A DNA stretch of 64,000 bases from an uncultured Candidatus Saccharibacteria bacterium (GCA_964399865.1 CAYNRJ010000001.1:67727-131726); one strand, 5' to 3'. Positions 37,646 to 48,304 are shown, counted from the stretch's first letter. The notes: generated by a model from the sequence alone, not told the origin. Program-made: numbers and translations.

Positions 37646-37691
37646 ACATGGCTACGGCCCGCACTCTTTTGGGTGTCGGGCCGTTGCTATG
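37646..37691. terminator. Stable hairpin after the RRM gene
   Basis: CATGGC-T-ACGGCCCG...CGGGCCGT-T-GCTATG inverted repeat. Confidence 0.5.
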
Positions 37692-37732
37692 AGGTATACT
37701 GTAATTAAGCGCATATATACACGTCATTAACT

Positions 37733-38269
37733 ATGGAGCCGGGAGATACAGCACAACAAAAAGAGAAAGAGTTCCTTGCGGCATATGAACAAAATGCCGA
37801 TGCTCTTTTTAGGCACTGCTATGCCCGGGTCCGCGATCGCGAGCTTGCGAAAGACATTGTGCAAGAGGCTTTTACCCGAACGTGGGTCTATATAGCGAGT
37901 GGTAAGCAGGTGGACCATATTCGCGCGTTCCTCTATCGCACTCTTCACAACGCGATAGTGGATACGATGCGAAAGAAACGTTCTGTTTCTCTTGACGTAT
38001 TGACCGAAGAGGATGGATTTGAGCCCGTGGACGAGCCGACAGAGTTACCTGCGGAAATCCGCGAAGAGATAACTGAGGCTTTGAAACTGCTCAAATCTCT
38101 CGACGAAATGTATTCGACGGTCATAACAATGCGATATATTGATCAGCTGACGCCCGGAGAGATCGCGCACGCGCTCAATATCTCTGAAAACGTTGTCTCT
38201 GTCCGTATACACCGAGGGGTAAAGCAGCTGCGAGAATTGTGGAACGAGAGACAACAGACAGAAGTATGA
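37733..38269 (+). CDS. ECF sigma-70 factor
   Basis: Region 2 (AKDIVQEAFTRTW...RAFLYR) and region 4 (EIAHALNISENVVSVRIHRG). Confidence 0.93.
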   Translation: MEPGDTAQQKEKEFLAAYEQNADALFRHCYARVRDRELAKDIVQEAFTRTWVYIASGKQVDHIRAFLYRTLHNAIVDTMRKKRSVSLDVLTEEDGFEPVDEPTELPAEIREEITEALKLLKSLDEMYSTVITMRYIDQLTPGEIAHALNISENVVSVRIHRGVKQLRELWNERQQTEV

Positions 38270-39366
38270 ATACAAATAATGACATGAATGATTTTGAACA
38301 AAAACTGGGGTCTCTTCAGGGGGTATCTCTTTCGCATGAAGAGAAAGAGGAGATGAGGCAAAATATACGCGCCTTTATAGCGGAGCATCCTGTACGCGCC
38401 TCGTTTTTTGCTCGATACTTTTCAAGCAGGAATGCAAATACTACTCCGGCGTTCATGCGACCGGCTCTCGCTGGACTCATGATTGTATTTGTCGTAGGTA
38501 GCGGCACCTCACTCGTTGCTGCCGACGCGCTACCAGGCGATTTTCTATATCCATACAAGATTCACGTTACTGAAAACGTAGAGAAAGCGCTGGCACTTAG
38601 TGCCGAGGCCAAGATCAATCAAAGTGCTGCTCTCGCAGTCCGTCGCATTGAAGAGGCTGAAAATTTGGCAGCACAGGGACGTCTTACTGCTGAGGCTAAA
38701 GCCGAGATTGAGGCGCGATTTAACATGCATGTTGAGCAATTTTCAGTAAAAACAGCCGCGGTGCACGATGATGAGGATGAAGTTGAAGTAATTGCTGATG
38801 CACAATCGGACTTGGAGGCTTCTCTTCGAGCTCATGCTGCCGTTCTCTCGGACCTCTCCCTTGCGGTTGCAGATGCAGATGGACACGTCTCCGAGATAGC
38901 GAGATTTGTATCAGATCGCGTACGCTCCGTTGAGATGGCGCGCGTAGCGACTGAAGAGAGAATTTCAGGAAAGGTGGGCGAGGGGATTCGCACTGCCGTT
39001 GCGGCTAAGCGACGTGCAGTTGAGAGAGAGTTAAGCGGTAATCGCACTCCCGCACCAGAGGCAGCTCCTGCGGCTGATAGTGCGGTAATGATGATGAGTG
39101 CGAAAGCTGTTATGAGCGCTCCTGCTCCTACGACAACAGCAGATACGGTAGAAGAGGCACTGCATGAAGGCGCAGCCCGTATCGATGAAGGTCAATATGG
39201 AGAAGCGTTCAAGACACTTCAAGGAGCAGTTCGTGCAATAAAGCAGGAAAAACTAGAACTCGATGTTCGCGAGAGATTAAATCTTGACGTGCACGTAGAT
39301 ACTTCTGTCTCAGTGGAAGCTGACTCGGAGAACATAGAAGTGATTCCAGGGGTGTTAGGTAATTAA
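38266..39366 (+). CDS. Putative membrane anti-sigma factor (ALPGDxLYxxK helical family)
   Basis: ATGA overlap with the sigma gene; one TM then ALPGDFLYPYK...RRIEEA helical extracellular domain. Confidence 0.7.
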   Translation: MNTNNDMNDFEQKLGSLQGVSLSHEEKEEMRQNIRAFIAEHPVRASFFARYFSSRNANTTPAFMRPALAGLMIVFVVGSGTSLVAADALPGDFLYPYKIHVTENVEKALALSAEAKINQSAALAVRRIEEAENLAAQGRLTAEAKAEIEARFNMHVEQFSVKTAAVHDDEDEVEVIADAQSDLEASLRAHAAVLSDLSLAVADADGHVSEIARFVSDRVRSVEMARVATEERISGKVGEGIRTAVAAKRRAVERELSGNRTPAPEAAPAADSAVMMMSAKAVMSAPAPTTTADTVEEALHEGAARIDEGQYGEAFKTLQGAVRAIKQEKLELDVRERLNLDVHVDTSVSVEADSENIEVIPGVLGN

Positions 39367-39391
39367 TTTCTACGAGGCGTTGATCTGAAAG

Positions 39392-39424
39392 AAAGGCCGA
39401 TATCCACAAGGAGATCGGCCTTTT
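39392..39424. terminator. Bidirectional terminator-like hairpin
   Basis: AAAGGCCGAT...ATCGGCCTTTT. Confidence 0.65.
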
Positions 39425-39450
39425 AAGCGTCGAGGGCTCATAATGGAGAT

Positions 39451-39834
39451 ATGAAAATTGGAGCGCTCTTTGGGTGGGGTATTGCAATATATTCAGTAAT
39501 GTTTCTTCTGTGGTCAGCATTTGTCACGTATGGCTTTGTAGATGGAATGGCACCAAGAATTATAAGTCTATTGGTCCTCATCGGAATCGCTATACTTGCA
39601 GGGCAATCACTTCACTTCCACGCATGGTTAGATGTTCTGCCGTATTCGATTTTCTGGGTGGTCATAATGGCGATTCTCGATGGAATTCTTGGAGTGCCAT
39701 ATTCAGGATTCGCCCTGTACATGGATCCGAATCTTTGGTTTGGGTACGCAATCGTCTTACTTGTACCTCTTATAGCTCACCGTTTTTACATCAATCATTC
39801 GCATTCTGATCATGCTTCCGCGTCCTCGCTCTAG
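39451..39834 (+). CDS. Four-TM membrane protein
   Basis: Four hydrophobic segments in 127 aa. Confidence 0.75.
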   Translation: MKIGALFGWGIAIYSVMFLLWSAFVTYGFVDGMAPRIISLLVLIGIAILAGQSLHFHAWLDVLPYSIFWVVIMAILDGILGVPYSGFALYMDPNLWFGYAIVLLVPLIAHRFYINHSHSDHASASSL

Positions 39835-39840
39835 GAACGT

Positions 39841-41055
39841 ATGTTTGGGATCCATGACAGTAGTGTATCTATGAAGACGAGCGAGAACGCCCTCCACGGT
39901 CACCGATTTCTCTTACGCGCAGGTCTTGCAATAGGAAACGTATTTACATGGGTGTTCGTTTTCGAATATTTTCTACTTTTTTCGGGTTCTATCCCACGAT
40001 CTGTCGCGGGAGTCGCTTTAATCTACGCGCTTTCACAGTTGATCACGTTTGCTTTAACTCCGATCGCTGCGAGTCATTTACGTCGCGGTACGAGGCCGTC
40101 TCTTATTTGGGCGGCAGTGTGCGCAGGTTCCGCTTTCATAATTCTTGGCGCAACGCTTGGAGGATATTTTTCTGAGTATCCAGTTGCGTGGGGAGTAGCT
40201 GCGTTTGCAGTCCTCCTTGGAGCGTATCGTGCACTGTATTTCGCGCCCTTCGAGATAAATCAAAAAGCTCTAGAAGGAGGTCCGCAGGATCGACTGTTAT
40301 ACGAATTTCTTCTCGCACTTATTCCGGCGTTCGTTGGGGCAACGCTTGTCTATGAAGCTTATGCTCCGCTTAAGCTTCTCTTTGGTGCGGGCGCACTCGC
40401 CATTCTTTCCGCGCTACCCCTCTATCTATTGCCAAATATTCATGAACGTTTCTCTTTTTCGTACGTCGAGACTTTCAAGGAACTATTCTCACCAAAAAAT
40501 TCACGGCTACTAGGGCTTTCGTTCTTAGAGGGAATTCAAGGCGCGGCACTTTTCCTTGTATGGCCGCTTATGATTTTCATTATTGTCGGGTGGTCGTATG
40601 CGATCCTCGGCGTCATATTTAGTCTTACACTTCTGATCGTAATCATGTGCAGAAGTTTGTTTCGTAAATTTATATCAACCTCAACCATAGTTCGTTCGCT
40701 ACCGGTCCATGTCACACTCGCTATAACAGGATGGGTACTGAGATCAGTCGCGGGTACTCCAGTAGCAGTAATTGTGGCCGACGCATACGAACACACGCTC
40801 CGGCCAACCCGCGGGACCGTGACTGATCCTTTTGCATTTGAGCAGGTTGCAGACGGAGGCTCTTACATCGATGAATACACTGCGCTTAAAGAAATGGGGC
40901 TGGCACTCGGTAGGATTGCGCTTGCAATCGGTTTATATGTATTACTTTTTTTCATATCTCCTGGAATTGTATTTACAATCGTATTAGTAGTCGCTGCCAT
41001 TGCAGCCGGCTGTACCGTCATACTGTCGCGACTTAAGAAAGCAGTAGCTATATAA
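39841..41055 (+). CDS. MFS-like multi-pass membrane protein (start may be 39871)
   Basis: About 12 hydrophobic helices in two halves. Confidence 0.7.
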   Translation: MFGIHDSSVSMKTSENALHGHRFLLRAGLAIGNVFTWVFVFEYFLLFSGSIPRSVAGVALIYALSQLITFALTPIAASHLRRGTRPSLIWAAVCAGSAFIILGATLGGYFSEYPVAWGVAAFAVLLGAYRALYFAPFEINQKALEGGPQDRLLYEFLLALIPAFVGATLVYEAYAPLKLLFGAGALAILSALPLYLLPNIHERFSFSYVETFKELFSPKNSRLLGLSFLEGIQGAALFLVWPLMIFIIVGWSYAILGVIFSLTLLIVIMCRSLFRKFISTSTIVRSLPVHVTLAITGWVLRSVAGTPVAVIVADAYEHTLRPTRGTVTDPFAFEQVADGGSYIDEYTALKEMGLALGRIALAIGLYVLLFFISPGIVFTIVLVVAAIAAGCTVILSRLKKAVAI

Positions 41056-41088
41056 AAAGCGCACTTCTCGACGATCGTCGGATACTAT

Positions 41089-41682
41089 GTGCGTATGAGA
41101 GGGCGTACTATAAAAGTAGGAAAACACTTCTTTGAGCGGCCGACTCTTACAGTTGCGCGAGAACTGCTTGGAAAATATTTGGTTAAAAAATCGAAAGGGA
41201 AAACGATTGCGCGCATGATCACTGAAACCGAAGCGTATGACGGTCCGCTGGATCTCGCGAGTCATGCATCCAAAGGTCGCACAGCCCGCACAGATGTCAT
41301 GTTTGGCGAAGCGGGAATTTGGTATGTGTATTTAATTTACGGAATGTACGAGATGCTCAATATAGTTACAGGCCCCACGGACTATCCGGCCGCAGTGCTT
41401 ATTCGAGGAGTTGAAGGGATCGATGGCCCGGGAAAACTTACACGTGAATTTGGAATCACTCGCTCGGTAAATCTAAAGGCAGTAGGGGATGACAGTGGCG
41501 TATGGATCGAGGACCGCGGAGTAAGGGTAAGACCGAGTGATATAGAGCGAACTCCTCGGATAGGGGTCGCGTACGCAGGAGAATGGGCGAAGAAACCTAT
41601 GCGTTTCGTGCTCAGGAAAGAAGCGCTGCAACCACAGCCTTCACGTCGTTCCCGTCAGCGCGGCCGGCCATCTCTTTCATAA
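41089..41682 (+). CDS. mpg: DNA-3-methyladenine glycosylase (MPG/AAG family)
   Basis: ITETEAYDG..DLASH, YVYLIYGMY, AVLIRG, GPGKL, RIGV. Confidence 0.95.
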   Translation: MRMRGRTIKVGKHFFERPTLTVARELLGKYLVKKSKGKTIARMITETEAYDGPLDLASHASKGRTARTDVMFGEAGIWYVYLIYGMYEMLNIVTGPTDYPAAVLIRGVEGIDGPGKLTREFGITRSVNLKAVGDDSGVWIEDRGVRVRPSDIERTPRIGVAYAGEWAKKPMRFVLRKEALQPQPSRRSRQRGRPSLS

Positions 41683-42064
41683 CAGCGCCAGTGAGTTTTC
41701 CAGCACCAGAAGCATCAGTAACACCGAGCTCCTGTTTCTTTGCGGTTGCAACCCTCTCAATCTCCTCGCGACTCGCACCTTGAGGCAAGTACTCCTCAAT
41801 AATTTTCAATTCTGCGGTTTCTTTTGCTGCCAGTTCGGCTCGACCACCTCTTTCATACTCTGCTGCAGCTTCTTTGCGCTGCTTGGCAAGCCTTTTTAAC
41901 ACGGTAACGGCGTCAGCATCAGAGAGCTCCTCGGTAGGTTTTCTGCTTTTTGCGACGAGCTCATTAATGAAAGCGGCCATTGCACCTCGAAGTGTTTGGA
42001 CGCGAAGGTCATCTTTCGCCTTCATTGCTGCGGTCATGTCTGTACGAATCTTTGCAGTAAGCAT
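41612..42064 (-). CDS. GatB/YqeY domain protein
   Basis: AMKAKD..R, KQRKEAA..Y..GGR.ELA..E..E..II..YLP, GRADG. Confidence 0.93.
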   Translation of the reverse strand: MLTAKIRTDMTAAMKAKDDLRVQTLRGAMAAFINELVAKSRKPTEELSDADAVTVLKRLAKQRKEAAAEYERGGRAELAAKETAELKIIEEYLPQGASREEIERVATAKKQELGVTDASGAGKLTGAVMKEMAGRADGNDVKAVVAALLS

Positions 42065-42101
42065 ATGAATCCAGAGTATAGCAGATAGTATACTGCTCTG
42101 C

Positions 42102-42992
42102 ATGACCGACCCGCTGTTCTTTCTATTCATAGGAATATCTGTACTCGCATTCGGCGTACACAGTGCTCTCATGGCGTCCCTTGCTCGACGCTTTGACGCA
42201 CTTACGGTGTCGACTTACCGCAGCGTCTCCCTCGTGTTTACGATGGCGCCGATTCTACTATTTGCATCCTGGGAACAAATACTTTCAGCAAGGGAACATG
42301 CGTTGACGCTTCTTTTATCAGGCGCAATCGGTGCAGCTGCATTTACCGTGAGTATGATGGGGTCGCGGTACCTACCGATAGGCGTTGCGAGCTCAATTCG
42401 GCAATCTACAACGCTGCCTGCAGCAATGCTTATCGGAATACTTTTCCTAGAGGAGTATCTGACTCTTGTACAAGCTATTCTCTTTGCTGGAGTTGCGCTT
42501 TGCGTGATAGCGCTTACATGGCTTCGCTCCGATCACGCTCATCTTGATCCAGCTATGGCGTTACGAGGAGTGTTACTGTCCGCTATTGCAGGTTCCGGTG
42601 GCGCGCTCTCATGGTATTTCTTCAGCCTATCGGCGCGAGAGATCCATCCGTTTGTCGCCGCATATTTTGTAGAGGCGGCGGTCGGTTTTTTCACGCTGCT
42701 TTATTTTGTAATTTTGAGAAGCTCCCGACTACATGCGGCAGAAGTCAGACTACCAGCGAACGTAATCTCGAAGGTCGTGCTTGTGGGTGCACTTACAATT
42801 TTCGCTACCGCAAGTTATGCGGTTGGTATAAATCATGGCCCATATCCACTTGCGACGGGTCTCATGATGTCGGGGACGCTTATCTCTACAGTTATCGCGT
42901 GGCTTTTCTTCAAGGAGCACTTAAAACGCATTCAAATCGTCCTCATTATCATCGCAGTCATATTGATGGCGCTTGTCAAAATGAACTCCTAG
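42102..42992 (+). CDS. DMT/EamA-family transporter
   Basis: About 10 TM helices in two repeats ending ILFLEE and LFFKEH. Confidence 0.85.
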   Translation: MTDPLFFLFIGISVLAFGVHSALMASLARRFDALTVSTYRSVSLVFTMAPILLFASWEQILSAREHALTLLLSGAIGAAAFTVSMMGSRYLPIGVASSIRQSTTLPAAMLIGILFLEEYLTLVQAILFAGVALCVIALTWLRSDHAHLDPAMALRGVLLSAIAGSGGALSWYFFSLSAREIHPFVAAYFVEAAVGFFTLLYFVILRSSRLHAAEVRLPANVISKVVLVGALTIFATASYAVGINHGPYPLATGLMMSGTLISTVIAWLFFKEHLKRIQIVLIIIAVILMALVKMNS

Positions 42993-43014
42993 GCCTGCCT
43001 GATATACTTCATCT

Positions 43015-44088
43015 ATGGAATGGGTCATCGTCATACTTCTCGTTGCTAACCTTGTGCTCGTAGCGCTCTTTTTCATGCGAAGTCGGAGTAAAAAAGACGA
43101 CTCACAGGGATTAATGCTCCTGCAGAATCAGATGCAGGAACTATCGCGCGCCATGGAATCTAAACTGGGAGAGGGGACGACGCGGATGTTCGATTCAATG
43201 AAAACACAGTTCGGTGAATCGCAGCGACTTGCGAGCGATATTCGTGATCTCGTAGCTAAGCAACTGACAGAAGTACGTGTAGAACAGACTAAGACGAACG
43301 AATCCACTACACGCTTTATGGTAATCGCCGAACAACTCGCCAATCTTGAGAAGGTACTCAAGCACCAGAAACAGCGTGGAAACTTAGGGGAGGCTTCGCT
43401 TGAGCTCATTCTCTCGAACATTCTTCCTCCGGGGTCATTCAAGATGCAGTACGAATTTCCGGGAGGTGAGACCGTGGATGCCGTTGTCATAACCAAAGAG
43501 GGAGTGATACCGATAGATGCAAAGTTCTCGCTAGACAACTATCAGCGACTGGTTGAGGCAGTTGACGACACGCAGCGCGCAGAACTTGAGAAGCAATTCA
43601 AGAACGATCTTAAAATGCGTATCGATGAAACCTCAAAATATGTGCGTCCAAAGGACGGAACACTTCCATTCGCGTTCATGTACATTCCGGCAGAAGCAAT
43701 TTATTACGATCTTCTCGTAAACGAAGTGGGCTCGGTAAAGGTAAATACGCGCAATCTTATAGATTACGCATACAATGATAAAAAAGTGATCATTGTGTCA
43801 CCAACAACTTTTGCAGCCTACCTACAATCCGTTCTCTATGGCTTTAAGGCGTTTAAAATTGAGGAAACAGCTAAAGATATAGCAAAGAACGTGGAGAGTC
43901 TCTCACGACACCTCAAGGCTTATGAGGACTATTACAAGAAGGTGGGTACTGCGCTTTCGACAACGGTAAATCACTACAACGCTGGCTCGAAGGAGCTTGG
44001 AAAGATAGATAAGGATGTCCTCCGAATAACGGGGGATTCGGCAGGTCTTGAGGTCCCTCTTTTGGAGAAACCTCTCTCGAATGAATAG
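43015..44088 (+). CDS. rmuC: DNA recombination protein RmuC
   Basis: N-terminal TM plus coiled coil, RGNLGE, IPIDAKF, FMYIPAEAIY, VSPTT. Confidence 0.93.
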   Translation: MEWVIVILLVANLVLVALFFMRSRSKKDDSQGLMLLQNQMQELSRAMESKLGEGTTRMFDSMKTQFGESQRLASDIRDLVAKQLTEVRVEQTKTNESTTRFMVIAEQLANLEKVLKHQKQRGNLGEASLELILSNILPPGSFKMQYEFPGGETVDAVVITKEGVIPIDAKFSLDNYQRLVEAVDDTQRAELEKQFKNDLKMRIDETSKYVRPKDGTLPFAFMYIPAEAIYYDLLVNEVGSVKVNTRNLIDYAYNDKKVIIVSPTTFAAYLQSVLYGFKAFKIEETAKDIAKNVESLSRHLKAYEDYYKKVGTALSTTVNHYNAGSKELGKIDKDVLRITGDSAGLEVPLLEKPLSNE

Positions 44089-44150
44089 CCGCGCTATAGC
44101 GCCATATTGCTCGATAAAGGGCGATATGGTATGGTTTGCCGACTAGAGAT

Positions 44151-44462
44151 ATGGCCAAAATAGCTATTATAGAAACAGGCGGAAAGCAGTACCTCGTTAC
44201 GCAGGACACCGTTTTGGATGTTGAGAAACTTGAGTCCGCAAAGGACGGGAAAATCACCTTTGATAAGGTTCTCCTTACTGACGATGGCAGTTCAACGAAA
44301 GTAGGCGCTCCATATATTACTGGTGCAAAAGTATCCGCTGAAGTCGTTCAGGAAGGTCGCGCAAAGAAAGTCGTCGTCATCCGCTACCGCGAAAAGAGCC
44401 GTTACTTCAAGAAACGAGGCCACCGTCAGCCTTACACAAAAGTCCGAATCACTGCCCTCTAG
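44151..44462 (+). CDS. rplU: 50S ribosomal protein L21
   Basis: AIIETGGKQY...GHRQPYTKVRI. Confidence 0.98.
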   Translation: MAKIAIIETGGKQYLVTQDTVLDVEKLESAKDGKITFDKVLLTDDGSSTKVGAPYITGAKVSAEVVQEGRAKKVVVIRYREKSRYFKKRGHRQPYTKVRITAL

Positions 44463-44555
44463 AGGGCAGTTTTCGCACGTCCTTGACGAAGGATGCTAGG
44501 GATTGCTAAATTTCCCCGGGTTCAATGTCGGGCCTGAATTCACATGGAGGCGGAT

Positions 44556-45038
44556 ATGTCCGCGTATTGGGAGCTCAGAATCAGGACGGGAAGTCGGTCA
44601 GTTGAGGATATGTTGCGTGAGATGGGCGCAACAAGGCATGTCGACTGGGAGGTGGGGGAGATCATCAGGGAGTCAGGTGTCACCCAAATCGACGCCGGTG
44701 AGTATTCGTTTGCTGCGCTGTTCGGCTACGAATTCGATGACGGCTGGAGAAGGACTGGTGACATCACAAGCCAAGCCCGTCGTCTCTCGTATCACCACCC
44801 GAGAGTGGAGCACGCGATCTTGCTGGGCTTGCAGCCGCAGGCGCTGTTACCGGCGCACATGAGCGTGGTCTTCCATCCTCCCGTAACTGTCAGGTCGGTT
44901 TCGAGTGATGCTCTTCGACCGCGCATGATTGCGTTTGGGGAGAGTTCGGGGAGCCGGTGCTACGCGAGTGCTCCAAGATCGGATGCTTCCGGCGAATGGT
45001 ACCCGGACAGAGCGTTCGTCTTCCTGAATCCGAGATAG
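44556..45038 (+). CDS. Hypothetical orphan protein
   Basis: GC-richer ORF; SD GGAGG (44546-44550) before ATG 44556; hairpin GTGCCC..GGGCAC downstream. Confidence 0.55.
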   Translation: MSAYWELRIRTGSRSVEDMLREMGATRHVDWEVGEIIRESGVTQIDAGEYSFAALFGYEFDDGWRRTGDITSQARRLSYHHPRVEHAILLGLQPQALLPAHMSVVFHPPVTVRSVSSDALRPRMIAFGESSGSRCYASAPRSDASGEWYPDRAFVFLNPR

Positions 45039-45082
45039 AGCAATTCTCGGACGGGTGCCCCGGATTTATTCGGGGCACTGTT

Positions 45083-45685
45083 CTATTTTCGGCTTTCGAG
45101 AGCGCTTTTTATGGTCTCAGGATCGGCGTATTCAAGTTCGCTTCCAGTTGAAAGTCCACGACCAAGAGTCGTCACTTTAAGTGAGATGTTCGGGAGATCC
45201 ATTAAATCCTCACGTACACGAACAGCAGTCGCATCCCCCTCCGGGTTTGCGGGGAAGGCCAATATAACTTCTGAGAGCCCATTTTCTACGCGCCTTGGAA
45301 TGCCTGCGAGTAATTCTCTGATACGAAGTCCCGTGGTTTTGTCCGAGGCAAGGGATATCGTTCCTCCAAGCACAAAATACAGTCCGCGATATGTTCCGCT
45401 ATGCTCTAGGGCTGCTAGATCAGCATCGGAGGCTACGACAGCCAGATACTGTGAATCGCGCTCATGATTGGTACAGATACCACACACCTTTTCCTTTCCC
45501 GTAAAATAGCGCATGCATTCCGCACATTGATGCACTGCTCCACCGAGGGATTGAACAGATTCAACGAGCTCGCGGCGCAAAGTAGGGGACGAGCGAAGCA
45601 GATATTGCACGAACCTCTGCGCCTGACGCGGCCCTATGCCAGGGAATCGTTGGAACAGGTTGATCAGCCGCTCGATAGGGTCCAT
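45083..45685 (-). CDS. recR: Recombination protein RecR
   Basis: PGIGPRQAQR HhH, C4 Zn finger, TOPRIM (NPEGDATA), GSELEYAD. Confidence 0.95.
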   Translation of the reverse strand: MDPIERLINLFQRFPGIGPRQAQRFVQYLLRSSPTLRRELVESVQSLGGAVHQCAECMRYFTGKEKVCGICTNHERDSQYLAVVASDADLAALEHSGTYRGLYFVLGGTISLASDKTTGLRIRELLAGIPRRVENGLSEVILAFPANPEGDATAVRVREDLMDLPNISLKVTTLGRGLSTGSELEYADPETIKSALESRK

Positions 45686-45688
45686 GGT

Positions 45689-47074
45689 TTAAAAAGGTTT
45701 TTCTTCATCTAACTGAGCTTCAGGAGTGAAATCACCAAAGTCACTTTTCTCGATCGGAATAAAGGTGGTCTTCTCCTCATCGAATCGAAGATCAATCTTT
45801 CCAACGGGACCATTTCTGTGTTTTTCGATGAGAATTTCAGCGACGCCGGTCTTTTCCGCTCCTTCAGTCATTTTGTCCTCACGGTGGATGAACATAACCA
45901 CGTCGGCATCCTGCTCTAGAGATCCGGAATCACGAAGATCTGAAAGACGAGGTCGACCGCGACGCTGCTCGACCGCGCGGGAGAGCTGAGAAAGTGCAAG
46001 AACTGGCACATCAAGTTCACGAGCCATTGATTTGAGAGCGCGGGAGATCTCAGTGACCTGCTGGACCATAGAGTCACCGCCCTTGGTGTGGGTTGGGGTA
46101 ATTAGCTGTAAGTAGTCGATGATTATCAATTTAAGATCCTTTTCCATTTTCAAACGTCGTGCAACTGAACGCATCTGGAGAACGGTCGAGGATGCTTTGT
46201 CATCGATATAAATAGGGGCTTCAGAGAGAGCACTCATACCTTGCTGAAGACGCTCAAACTCCTCTTCGCTCTTAATTTTACCGGTGCGCAATTTCCATGA
46301 ATTGACTCCCGACTGAGCGGCAAGCATACGGTCGACTAATTGCTGCGAACTCATTTCGAGAGAGAACATTCCTACTGCTGTTCCGTATTTTGTTGCGGAC
46401 AAACGCGCAATATCGAGCGCGAGAGCTGTTTTACCCATAGAAGGTCGTGCAGCGAGGAGGATGAGATCTGACTTTTGGAAGCCTGCGAGCATGTTATCGA
46501 GCTGTGCAAATCCAGACGGCACGCCGCGAAGAGTGCCTTCATGCTTCTGCAGGTTTTCGAGGCGCTCCCACGCTTCTGTAAGCTCATCTTTGATCGAGCT
46601 GAATGATCGTAGCATCGGGGCCTGAGACACAGAGAAGACCGCCTGCTGTGCTTCATCAAGCACTTCTTCAATTTCGCGGTCTTCTTCGAATCCAAGCTCT
46701 CCAATCTTCGCTGCCGCATCGAGAAGTGAGCGCAATACGAATTTTGTCTGTACTCCTTCTGCATAGTGGCGCGCACTCCCTGGACTTGCTGCAGCTGCAG
46801 TGAGTTCGGAGAGGTAACTCGCACCTCCCACATCGGCGAGTAACTTGCGTTCCTTTAACTTACTGGAAAGAGTAACAACATCGATTGGCTCGCCCTTCGA
46901 ATGAAGTCCGAGCATTGCATCGAAAATGGTGCGATGTTTACCGACGTAGAAAGAATCGACACCAACTTGATCTGCGACTTCATACATCGCATTTTGGCTC
47001 AGCATAAGAGCCCCTAGGAGGGCTCGCTCCATCTCTATGTCCTGTGGGGGTACGCGCACGGCCTTTTCTGCCAT
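45689..47074 (-). CDS. dnaB: Replicative DNA helicase
   Basis: PPQDIEME N-domain, AARPSMGKT, IIDYLQL, LSQLSR, DLRDSGSLEQDAD, KHRNGP; no intein. Confidence 0.99.
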   Translation of the reverse strand: MAEKAVRVPPQDIEMERALLGALMLSQNAMYEVADQVGVDSFYVGKHRTIFDAMLGLHSKGEPIDVVTLSSKLKERKLLADVGGASYLSELTAAAASPGSARHYAEGVQTKFVLRSLLDAAAKIGELGFEEDREIEEVLDEAQQAVFSVSQAPMLRSFSSIKDELTEAWERLENLQKHEGTLRGVPSGFAQLDNMLAGFQKSDLILLAARPSMGKTALALDIARLSATKYGTAVGMFSLEMSSQQLVDRMLAAQSGVNSWKLRTGKIKSEEEFERLQQGMSALSEAPIYIDDKASSTVLQMRSVARRLKMEKDLKLIIIDYLQLITPTHTKGGDSMVQQVTEISRALKSMARELDVPVLALSQLSRAVEQRRGRPRLSDLRDSGSLEQDADVVMFIHREDKMTEGAEKTGVAEILIEKHRNGPVGKIDLRFDEEKTTFIPIEKSDFGDFTPEAQLDEEKPF

Positions 47075-47264
47075 AATTCGATGATAGCACGGTGCGATTT
47101 CCTCCACTGAGGAGAGTTTTCGCAATTATTGTTCGTTACGTGTGGACATCTATATGCCAAGATGAAGAAATACGCTATCTGCAACCTACCCAATTGACAG
47201 GTTGCCGCCGGCTTGATATAAGGTAAGAACACGGTACATGGCACTAGTCAAATATCGTTGATTT

Positions 47265-48287
47265 ATGCTTAGTTTTTCACCAAAATCAGTCACAAAGGAC
47301 CTCCTCGCAGGCCTCCCAGAGCGCTCTAGAAAGGTGCTCACCGACCGTTTCGGACTCTCCCCAAAAGGGGAGCTTCGTACATTGGACGCTATCGGAAAGG
47401 AGTATGGCATTACCCGTGAGCGTATCCGCCAGATCGAGAACCACGGCATCACTGCAGTTCGCGAATCCGAGGCCTACACAGCTCACGCTGCAACGATGGA
47501 AGAGCTGAAGCGCGAACTCCAGGCGCTCGGCGGGATAGTTTCTGAAGAGACGGTGCTTAAAGAAATTCCTAAAAATGAAGCGGATCGCAATCACGTTCTC
47601 TTCCTCCTAACGGTAGGCCATCATTTCGGCGACAAGCGCGAGGACGCTCATTTCAAAACTCGTTGGCACGCAGATAAGGAGCTCGCAGAGTCCGTCGAAC
47701 GTGCGCTCGCAAATCTCCATGAATCCACTGAGGTCACTCGACTGACACCGGAAGAAGAGTTTCTAGAGTTGTTCACGAAGGCATTAAAACAGGAAGGTGT
47801 TAAGCCACGCACACCTGACGTACATCTCCGCTGGCTACATATGTCGAAGCGTGTCGGTAAAAATCCGCTCGGCGAATGGGGAAGAGTGGAATCTCCTCAC
47901 GTGAGAATCAAAAACACGCGTGATTTTGCATACCTCGCTCTTAAACGCCATGGCTCCCCGATGCACTTTTTTGAAGTAGCAAAGAGTATTGAAAAACTCT
48001 TCGGAAGAAAGGCACACCCAGCAACGACCCACAATGAACTCATTAAGGACAACCGATTCGTTCTTGTCGGCCGCGGTCTATACGCGCTGAAGGAGTGGGG
48101 ATATGAACCAGGAGTTGTACGTGAGGTCATAAAGAACATCATCAGTCGCGAGGGCCCTCTCACACGTGAAGAAATCATCGATCGAGTGAAGCGCGAACGC
48201 TACGTCAAAGATGCGACAATAGCGGTCAACCTTCAGAGCGGTATGTTTACACGCCTCCCAGACGGCAAGTACACTCTCTCCAAATAA
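47265..48287 (+). CDS. Sigma-70 region 4 HTH plus C-terminal winged-helix (HARE-HTH/RNAP delta-like) protein
   Basis: RFGL...TLDAIGKEYGITRERIRQIE region 4; PMHF.EVA...HNELIKD.RFVLVGRGLYAL.EWG. Confidence 0.8.
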   Translation: MLSFSPKSVTKDLLAGLPERSRKVLTDRFGLSPKGELRTLDAIGKEYGITRERIRQIENHGITAVRESEAYTAHAATMEELKRELQALGGIVSEETVLKEIPKNEADRNHVLFLLTVGHHFGDKREDAHFKTRWHADKELAESVERALANLHESTEVTRLTPEEEFLELFTKALKQEGVKPRTPDVHLRWLHMSKRVGKNPLGEWGRVESPHVRIKNTRDFAYLALKRHGSPMHFFEVAKSIEKLFGRKAHPATTHNELIKDNRFVLVGRGLYALKEWGYEPGVVREVIKNIISREGPLTREEIIDRVKRERYVKDATIAVNLQSGMFTRLPDGKYTLSK

Positions 48288-48304
48288 TAAATATCTGTTT
48301 TCAC

